Source of the DNA: Desulfobacterales bacterium
GTDB taxonomy: Bacteria; Desulfobacterota; Desulfobacteria; Desulfobacterales; B30-G6
Direction of reading: 5' to 3'
Assembly (NCBI GenBank): GCA_029940035.1
Contig: JAOZRT010000002.1
Location: 1-63,804 of the forward strand
Length of the DNA stretch: 63,804 bases
The notes under the pieces: generated by a model
What the model was told of the DNA's origin: nothing
The model's input: the letters and a program-made list of their open reading frames with translations, nothing else
Database searches by the model: none
Shown: positions 55,706 through 62,897 of the stretch, in pieces
How positions within the stretch are numbered: the first letter of the stretch is position 1
Layout of the letters: each line of letters starts with the position of its first letter
Program-made: the position numbers and the translations under genes

Positions 55706-58192
55706 ATGGGAAAGAAAAAAAAGAAAAATCGAAGGAACCGCAAAAAGCCGGTATCTACTGAAACCCTTCAAAAATCGGCCGATGCTCATTTGCGCGCAGG
55801 CCGTTACCGACAGGCCAAGGGTCTATTTAAACAGCTGTGCAAACAACACCGGGATAAATACCTCCCCGGGCTTGTTGAATCATGCCGCCGTCTGTTTCAC
55901 CTGTTGCTGGACCAGGAAAAAGTTAGGGATGCGAAGACCGTTTTGACATCGCTTGAAAACATCACCGATCCTCCAAAACTGTATCCCGAAGTGGTTCGGC
56001 TGGCCATGGCTGAAGAAAACTATTCCCAGGCTGCAGGTATTGCGGTAGAGGCGCTTGCCGGCCGTGAGCCTCCTTTTACCGAAAGCGAATTATTGTTGGG
56101 GGATGCTCTGGTCATTGCGTTTGAAGATATGGATCGATCAATTCCCTTGCCCTCGCCTTTGCAGACCGATATCACCCGCATCCAGTCATCGTTAGCCGCT
56201 GTTGCGCAAGAACGATACACGGATGCGCTGTCTTCGATCCGACCGATGGGAATGCGCTCCCTCTTTGCCCCATGGAAGTGGTTTATCAAGGGTATTTGTG
56301 CATTCTATACCCACGATGATGCAAGAGCCGGAAAAGCTTTCGAAAAAATTTTCCCGGGGACGGTACCCGCTAAGGCCGCCAAAGCGTTTCTGATGATTCT
56401 TAAAGAGGCAGGATGGCTTGCAACAGAGCACAAGAAAATCGATTTACTGAGTGATATCTGCCATTTGGCGGGAGATGAAAAACTCGCTGGTTGTCTGCCC
56501 CGGGCGGAATACCTATGGCGGGTGGGAAGACACCGGGACTCGTATAAGCACCTGCGATCCAGGCTGGATGATTTTCCTTCGCAAAAACCCGGGATGCAAC
56601 GATCCCTGACCACTTTTTATTTCAATGCCATAACGGATATGGAGGACATGCCGTTAGGAAAGTACTTTGATTTTCTTTTCGATCTCGCTCTGCAAAAAGG
56701 GAAAAAAAGAGGTTTTGAAAAACTGCAGGCAAGCCGGTCCTTGGCGCTTTCCTTTGAAACCGATCCGTATGCAGATAGAGAAATACTGCAGGAATGGGAG
56801 TCCTTTTTATTCGCCTACCAGCAGCACCATGGTAGAAACAAACGTGTTGAGGCCGCCGTATATGCCCATTTGGGCGACCTCTATTCCATGGAGGACCTTG
56901 AAGATGCAATGATCCCTTTCTTTTTTTCCCAACGGAATCGCCGGGGGACGGCACTGAAAAACGAAACCCTGGCGGAAAACTGTTATCGAAAAGCCCTAGT
57001 GTATCACCCGGAAAACGTGAAGGCCCATTTTTCCCTCTTGGAACTCTATGAAAAGACCAACCAGAAAGCAATGGTCAATAAAACGCTGGATGACATCATT
57101 AAACGGTTTCCTGGTGAAAAAAAGAGCCTCTATAAAGCCGGACTGCGATGCCTCGAAAGAAACGCGCTGATCAAAGGCTTGAAATACCTTGAGCAGGCCT
57201 TGAACCTTGACCCCCTCGACAGCACGCTCAGGACGTATTTTATCATTGCCTGTATCAAAGCCGGCTTGAGGTATGCCCAAAAAGGGGCTATGGAAAAATG
57301 TCGGGACCTGCTGGCCATAGCCCTGGAGCGGGCTCAGGGGCAATCCGAAGATTTCAACCGTGGCCAGGCATACCTGTTTGCGCGGTGGGCGACTTTCGAA
57401 TGGCTGGCCGGAAATGAGAAAGAAGGCGCAAAACTCAAGCTGCAGGCCCTTGATCTGTGTGGCAGCAAATTGAAGCTTCACTGTTTTTTGTGGGTCATGG
57501 GTCACATTTACGGAGTCCCGGACAGATATTTGAAGGAGCATGGAAGCATCCTGGATGACATATACTCCAGACAACCTGCGTCCGGCCCCGCGGCAGAACT
57601 CGTTGAAACTTTCAGCTACATTCGTCAAATCCCATCCAAACATTCCTGGATAAAAAGGGAAATGGTACGATTGAACAGATATTTGCAGGAAATCCTTGAG
57701 AAGGGTGTTTCCAGAGAGGTCGCCGCTAAGGTGATCGAATACGGCCTTGAAGGAACAAGAGACGATCAGGGTGTTGCCCGGAAATATATCGCCAAAATGC
57801 TCAAACTGCATCCGGACGATGCGAAAATGCGAATGTTCCGGTATCTGTCCCGGCAACAATGGGGGCTGGACTACCAAAACCCCGCAGGAAATCTGGAGGA
57901 ACTGCGGATTATCTTGGGCCTTGCGGAAAAGCAGGGGGAACGGGATTTTGCCTCCCGTGTGCGCCAGGCAATAAGGAAAGCTGAAAATGCCTTATCATTG
58001 ATGGAGTCTTTCGGCATGCCCACCGAAGAGGAATGGTTTGACGATGACGACGAGGAGGATGATGGCTTTGACCCATTTTCCCCGCCTGCAAAGGAGGGCA
58101 ATCGAGAATCTCAAAAAAAATTCTCGAACAGGGATTCGAAGTCTACACCATCTAAAAAGAGCCGCAATCGGCAGCTCGACCTATTTGAATGA
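55706..58192 (+). CDS. 828-aa all-helical TPR-like scaffold protein with poly-basic N-terminus and acidic/basic C-terminal tail
   Basis: It is a long uninterrupted ORF. The N-terminus reads MGKKKKKNRRNRKKP. TPR-like helix pairs occur throughout (e.g. AENCYRKALVYHPENVKAHFSLLELYEKTNQKAM, LKYLEQALNLDPLDSTL). The C-terminus reads EEEWFDDDDEEDDGFDPF...SKKSRNRQLDLFE. It is the first gene of a tightly packed five-gene operon. Confidence 0.75.
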   Translation: MGKKKKKNRRNRKKPVSTETLQKSADAHLRAGRYRQAKGLFKQLCKQHRDKYLPGLVESCRRLFHLLLDQEKVRDAKTVLTSLENITDPPKLYPEVVRLAMAEENYSQAAGIAVEALAGREPPFTESELLLGDALVIAFEDMDRSIPLPSPLQTDITRIQSSLAAVAQERYTDALSSIRPMGMRSLFAPWKWFIKGICAFYTHDDARAGKAFEKIFPGTVPAKAAKAFLMILKEAGWLATEHKKIDLLSDICHLAGDEKLAGCLPRAEYLWRVGRHRDSYKHLRSRLDDFPSQKPGMQRSLTTFYFNAITDMEDMPLGKYFDFLFDLALQKGKKRGFEKLQASRSLALSFETDPYADREILQEWESFLFAYQQHHGRNKRVEAAVYAHLGDLYSMEDLEDAMIPFFFSQRNRRGTALKNETLAENCYRKALVYHPENVKAHFSLLELYEKTNQKAMVNKTLDDIIKRFPGEKKSLYKAGLRCLERNALIKGLKYLEQALNLDPLDSTLRTYFIIACIKAGLRYAQKGAMEKCRDLLAIALERAQGQSEDFNRGQAYLFARWATFEWLAGNEKEGAKLKLQALDLCGSKLKLHCFLWVMGHIYGVPDRYLKEHGSILDDIYSRQPASGPAAELVETFSYIRQIPSKHSWIKREMVRLNRYLQEILEKGVSREVAAKVIEYGLEGTRDDQGVARKYIAKMLKLHPDDAKMRMFRYLSRQQWGLDYQNPAGNLEELRIILGLAEKQGERDFASRVRQAIRKAENALSLMESFGMPTEEEWFDDDDEEDDGFDPFSPPAKEGNRESQKKFSNRDSKSTPSKKSRNRQLDLFE

Positions 58193-58214
58193 TAATGCCC
58201 ATGGAGTAGAACCT

Positions 58215-58517
58215 ATGAACCCTTACGATGTTTTGGACATCCCATGTGATGCAGATGATTCGGCTGTGCGGAGCGCCTATCTCGAACTGATCAAGATTTA
58301 TTCACCGGAGCAGTTTCCGAAGCAATTCAAACAGGTCAGCGAAGCCTATCATACTTTGAAGAACGAAGACCAGCGGCTGCAATATGATTTGTTTAATCGA
58401 AATACCGGTATTGGATCGCCCTTCGAGGTCTTGCTGGACGGCTTCACCCTACGTAAACGAACGCCCGTAAAATTTGGGGCCATGCAAAGGTATCTGAGGC
58501 AATGCGCGAAAAAATAG
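58215..58517 (+). CDS. small J-domain-like protein with degenerate HPD motif (SPE)
   Basis: The ATG at 58215 follows GGAG by 8 nt. NPYDVLDIPCDADDSAVRSAYLELIKIYSPEQFP...QVSEAYHTLKNEDQRLQYD aligns helix for helix with the canonical J domain at 21576 (DYYEVLGV...[14 protein letters not shown]...EAYEVL.D..KR..YD). The HPD motif is replaced by SPE (58302-58310). Confidence 0.7.
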   Translation: MNPYDVLDIPCDADDSAVRSAYLELIKIYSPEQFPKQFKQVSEAYHTLKNEDQRLQYDLFNRNTGIGSPFEVLLDGFTLRKRTPVKFGAMQRYLRQCAKK

Positions 58518-59242
58518 ATGAAAATGAACAACGGACGGGCCGAGAACGTACCCCTAATGCTGAAAACCGTCCTCCAACCAGCAGCGGGAGGAAAACATGG
58601 AAAGCCCTGCTGGTCCGGAATTTCAAACGGTGGGTTAACGAGGTGGATTCATGGCCAATACGGCAGGACCCTGTCCCCGATCCACCTGATCTTTATTCCT
58701 TTTATGAAGAACTCTGCGTATTGCGTGGCGAAGTACGCAAGGATGCCCGTCGAAACCATGATGCATTTACCCGCTTTAATGATGCATTGAATGATTTTCA
58801 CACGATGGTAAAACCGCTGGTTCAGTCGACCCGGCGGATTGAAAAAGAGGATTTGAAGCATGGCCACGTTGGTGGGGTTTCGCATAGAGAACTATTTATG
58901 CCCCTTGTGGAGTTAATTGAGAGAGTAAAGCGTATAGAAATGAAATTTTCCAAACCACCGGAAACCGGCTTTTTCCCCTCACGGAAAAAATGGCTGGCAG
59001 AATGGGAGACGCTGAGTCAAGGCATTGTGATAATAAGAGACCACTTCGAACAGCTGCTGCAAGGTCATGGTATCACGGCGATGCACACCCTTTCCAAACC
59101 ATTTGATCCAGCGTGCATGAAAGCCGTAGAAATTGTTACTTCCGAATCCGTTGAACCCAATACTGTCGTCGAGGAAAGCGCAGGTGGGTACCTTTATAAC
59201 GACCAGGTTATCAAATTTGCCGAGGTCAAAGTGGCTGGGTGA
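58502..59242 (+). CDS. GrpE-like nucleotide-exchange factor homolog
   Basis: 246-aa ORF overlapping the J-like gene by 16 nt. The N-terminal half is helical. The C-terminal beta-domain pattern is G(I)....L..PFDP....AVE.V.......NTVVEE...GY.....VI+.AEVKVA, as in GrpE, with the usual His of FDP..H replaced by Met. Confidence 0.65.
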   Translation: MREKIDENEQRTGRERTPNAENRPPTSSGRKTWKALLVRNFKRWVNEVDSWPIRQDPVPDPPDLYSFYEELCVLRGEVRKDARRNHDAFTRFNDALNDFHTMVKPLVQSTRRIEKEDLKHGHVGGVSHRELFMPLVELIERVKRIEMKFSKPPETGFFPSRKKWLAEWETLSQGIVIIRDHFEQLLQGHGITAMHTLSKPFDPACMKAVEIVTSESVEPNTVVEESAGGYLYNDQVIKFAEVKVAG

Positions 59243-59256
59243 AAAGGAAATAAAAG

Positions 59257-60987
59257 ATGAGTATTTGCATAGGAATCGATCTGGGGACCACCAACTCCGA
59301 AGTTGCCGTGGTTAATGATGGTCAGCCGGAAATTGTCCCGGTAGAAGGAAGTTCGGTGATGCCCTCTTGTGTCGGACTCGATGCAAAAAGGAATTTGATC
59401 GTCGGTACGACAGCCAAAAATCAGATGATTGTCAGACCCGATGCGACGATTCTTTCCATTAAAAGGAAAATGGGGGAAAGCGCCAAGGTCGGCCTGGGGG
59501 ATCAAAAGCTGGCACCGGAGGAGATATCCGCTTTAATCCTTAAGAAACTAAAACATGCCGCTGAAAAATATCTTGGAGAAAAAGTTGACCGGGCAGTGAT
59601 AACGGTGCCGGCTTATTTCGACGACGCCCAGAGGAAAGCTACCCGAAATGCCGGAATTCTAGCTGGACTTGATGTTGCCAGAATTATCAACGAACCCACT
59701 GCCGCCGCGCTGGCTTACGACGCAAATCTTGAAACCGATGAGACGGTTCTGGTTTATGACCTCGGTGGTGGAACGTTCGATGTTTCATTGGTTGTCGTTG
59801 AAAACGGTGTGGTGGAGGTGAAAGCCAGTCATGGCGACACGCACCTTGGCGGTGATGATTTTGACAACCTGCTTATGGAACATGTTTCCGGCCGGTTCCA
59901 GGCGCAATACGATATCAACCTTATGGATGATAAGGCCACCCGCAACCGCCTGTGGTCCGCAGTGGAATCCGGGAAACGGCAATTGTCCAACGCCCCTTAC
60001 GCACAAATCCGGGAAGAATTCATCCATGGCGATCATCATCTCGACCTGGAGATATCGCGCCTGGACTACGAGGATATGATTCGTCCCCTTGTCCAAAAGA
60101 CAATGGATTCCGTCCATCAATGCCTGAAAGATGGCACCATGCTGCCGGGAGCTGTAGACCGGGTCATACTCGTCGGTGGCGCATCCCGTACTCCGCTCGT
60201 CACGGAAATGATACAAAATGCCTTCAGAATCGAACCCCGGCATGAAATCAATCCCGATCTCATTGTGGCAATGGGCGCGGCGATACAAGGGGGGGCACTC
60301 TCCGGAAAGAAAACCCGGTCCATCTTGGTGGATATTACCCCTTACACTTTTGGGACCAGTGCCGTGTCAATGCATGAGGGGGATCTTCGACCCGATGTGT
60401 TTGTACCGATTATCCGCCGCAATACCCCCCTGCCTGTGGAAAAAAGTGATGTTTTTGCCACCATGATTCACGCCCAGGAAGCCGTTGATGTGCAGATCTA
60501 TCAAGGGGAGGCGCCCATCACCGATGAGAATATTTTTATCGGAAATTTTCTCATCGAGGGGTTGGGCAATGTGCCGGCCGGAAACCAAATTGTACTGAAC
60601 CTGTCCCTGGATCTCAACGGTATCCTTCAGGTGACGGCCGTTGAAAAATGCACGGGTTTATCCAAATCCGTTCGCATGGAAATCGATTCTGATAAAATGA
60701 CATTCGACTTGGATCAGGCAGAAAAAAACCTTAACGCATTCATCGATGAGGGTGCTGCCCGCGATGATGAAAAAGGCGGCGCGAGCACAAAACCGGATTT
60801 GCTTTCCCGGGCGAAAAGGCTTCGGAAGCGGGTATTGGACCTTGTCGATCATGTGGATGAAACCGATAGAGAGGAGCTGCGCGCCCTCGTCGATAAGAGT
60901 AAAAAAGCAGTAACCTCCGGGGACGATGTCGTCCTTGCGGAGCTGAACGAATCATTGAGCGATATGCTTTTTTATCTGGAGGATTGA
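59257..60987 (+). CDS. Hsp70 family protein (non-DnaK paralog, 576 aa)
   Basis: It has phosphate-1 (GIDLGTTNS), phosphate-2 (DLGGGTFDVS), the adenosine motif (LVGGASRTPLV), an interdomain linker (LVDITPYTFG), and a canonical beta-sandwich substrate-binding domain. The helical lid is short and the protein ends ...DMLFYLED. Confidence 0.9.
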   Translation: MSICIGIDLGTTNSEVAVVNDGQPEIVPVEGSSVMPSCVGLDAKRNLIVGTTAKNQMIVRPDATILSIKRKMGESAKVGLGDQKLAPEEISALILKKLKHAAEKYLGEKVDRAVITVPAYFDDAQRKATRNAGILAGLDVARIINEPTAAALAYDANLETDETVLVYDLGGGTFDVSLVVVENGVVEVKASHGDTHLGGDDFDNLLMEHVSGRFQAQYDINLMDDKATRNRLWSAVESGKRQLSNAPYAQIREEFIHGDHHLDLEISRLDYEDMIRPLVQKTMDSVHQCLKDGTMLPGAVDRVILVGGASRTPLVTEMIQNAFRIEPRHEINPDLIVAMGAAIQGGALSGKKTRSILVDITPYTFGTSAVSMHEGDLRPDVFVPIIRRNTPLPVEKSDVFATMIHAQEAVDVQIYQGEAPITDENIFIGNFLIEGLGNVPAGNQIVLNLSLDLNGILQVTAVEKCTGLSKSVRMEIDSDKMTFDLDQAEKNLNAFIDEGAARDDEKGGASTKPDLLSRAKRLRKRVLDLVDHVDETDREELRALVDKSKKAVTSGDDVVLAELNESLSDMLFYLED

Positions 60988-61316
60988 TGCAAATCCTTTG
61001 TCCGGCATGTAAAAAGCTAAATGACTCGGCGGATAAATGCAATCGTTGCGGTGGAAATCTGTCCGATTTAAGACGAATACGCCGGGCCGCTGTTGAAGAA
61101 TTGAAACTCGGCAAAAGGCATCTTCTACGAATGAATGCCGAGAAAGCCCTGCTGAGCGCCAAATCGTCATGGCGGTTGAAAAAAAGTGCTTCTGCCGCAA
61201 AACTGGCCTTTTTGGCAAGCCTGATGGGAGGGCATTTTTCCGAAGCCACCCGGTGGTACAGTATGGCAGCCGCAGGCGGCAATTCGGCCCCTGCCCGGAA
61301 TACAGACTGTTCATGA
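60987..61316 (+). CDS. zinc-ribbon protein (CPAC-x9-CNRC) with helical tail
   Basis: Its ATG overlaps the Hsp70 stop (TGATG at 60985-60989), indicating translational coupling. The N-terminus is MQILCPACKKLNDSADKCNRCGG. The last ~10 codons run into an SNF2 gene fragment, so the native C-terminus may be lost. Confidence 0.6.
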   Translation: MQILCPACKKLNDSADKCNRCGGNLSDLRRIRRAAVEELKLGKRHLLRMNAEKALLSAKSSWRLKKSASAAKLAFLASLMGGHFSEATRWYSMAAAGGNSAPARNTDCS

Positions 61317-61450
61317 CCACCAATGCCGGTGCCACTGGTTTAAACCTGCATGCCGCCTATACCGTCATCAACCTTGACCTTCCCTGGAACCCAGCAGTCC
61401 TCGAGCAACGCATCGGCCGGGTTCATCGCGGTCGATCTTTTTCTGCTTGA
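61293..61450 (+). pseudogene. orphan SNF2-family helicase fragment (motifs V-VI only)
   Basis: It encodes PEYRLFMTTNAGATGLNLHAAYTVINLDLPWNPAVLEQRIGRVHR, paralogous to 62095-62235 of the neighbouring SNF2 remnant. There is no upstream ATPase domain, and it ends after ~50 codons. Confidence 0.75.
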
Positions 61451-61620
61451 ACGGTGATTGTGGAGGTTGCTCATCAATATCAATCGCCTTGATGAAAATA
61501 TCCCAGCATACACATATCAATGGGCGAGAAAAATCAATTGAATTAATCAATTTCATCAGACATACTGCGCACGATTAAGCGCTGTGTAACCCACTAAAAA
61601 ATAGATACGGATTGAAAACT

Positions 61621-62754
61621 ATGATCAACTTAAAAGATAAACTCTCGCACCTTTCATTTATCCAGGCCTGCAAACTCTTGGGGCCCCAGGGCAAAGATCA
61701 CCTCATCCAGGGCGGAATGTGGGACGTCGATCTGGAGGAACAGGTGATCTTAAAAAGGGATCTTTTTCATCTCGATCTCGGGGAAGCCGGCGTGACCCTT
61801 CGCCTGGACCCTGCCAAAAATCATAAAATTGACATCTCATGCAGTGTCTGCCCGGTGTATTGTGACCATCAGGGAGCCGCTCTATCTTTAATCCTTGAAG
61901 AAAAACTGGCCCTGGGCCTTGCCGCACCACCCAAGGAACGCGTGCCCATCGAAAGCCTCAGTGACAGCGAGCTTGTGGCCCATGCTGAACCTGATTGAGC
62001 AGTTTCTGACGGAACGACAGGTTAATTATGTGCGGTTGGATGGAAGCGTTCCCCAGAAAAAGCGGCAGGGCCTGGTGCACCAATTCCAGAAAAATCCTGA
62101 ATGCAGACTGTTCGTGACCACCAATGCCGGTGCTACCGGCTTAAATCTGCAGGCCGCCAACACGGTGATCAATGTGGACCTGCCGTGGAACCCGGCAATT
62201 CTCGAACAGCGCATCGGCCGGGCCCACCGGATGGGTCAGAAAAGACCAGTGCAGGTGTTTGTCCTGGTTACCGAAAAAACCCTTGAAGAAAGCCTGCTGA
62301 ACACCCTCGCCTCCAAACACGCTCTGTCCATGGCCGCCCTTGATCTGGAGTCCGATGTATCTGAAGTCAATCTTGTCAGCGGAATTGATGAGCTGAAACA
62401 ACGCCTTGAAGTTCTGATCGGTCAAAAACCAGATGCCGCGGTTGATGAAAGCCAAAAACCCATGTCGAAAAAGAAGCCGCACTTCTGGCCAGAAAGAAAA
62501 AAGTCGCTTTGGCAGGGGGGCAGATGATCAGCGCTGCCTTCAACTTTCTCGGTGAATTGTTTCCCCGGATAGAAGCATCCGAAAAAACCCTTTCGGCAAC
62601 CGACGCCTTTAAGCAAAAACTGTCTGAGGGAATGGAACGGGGAGTGGACGGCAGTTTGAAAATGACAATTGCTTTTCCCGATGAAAAAGCCCTGGACAAC
62701 CTTGCCAACACACTGGCCCAGATGGTTGGTTCGACCACAACCGACAACTCATAA
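61621..62754 (+). pseudogene. SWIM-zinc-finger SNF2-family helicase with internal deletion and frameshifts
   Basis: The N-terminal ~120 aa carry a SWIM-like CxCx(n)CxH motif (CSVCPVYCDHQGAA). Near 61980 this joins, in a different frame, directly to the helicase C-terminal domain (MLNLIEQFL...LDGS...LFVTTNAGATGLNLQAANTVINVDLPWNPAILEQRIGRAHRMGQ). The whole SNF2_N ATPase lobe is missing. A further frame change lies near 62500. Confidence 0.75.
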
Positions 62755-62897
62755 TTCCGGAGAAAAAGTCGGCATCCTCTATTCCCGCGGCCTGGGCTAT
62801 GGTAATCCGACTTGCCTTTTCCTGTGTGAATCGGTATATCCCAAGGGCAATTTTGAAAACAACCCCATCAAGTTACATGTAACCAAGGAGAATTCCA

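Noticed and set aside
59257-60987. Calling the Hsp70 gene the housekeeping dnaK.
   Set aside because: It is about 60 aa shorter than my recollection of typical DnaK, with a divergent lid and tail. Its flanking genes are an HPD-less J-like gene, a divergent GrpE-like gene, a TPR giant and a zinc-ribbon gene, and it lies in an accessory island. The canonical dnaJ sits elsewhere. This still needs confirmation by locating the true dnaK in the genome.
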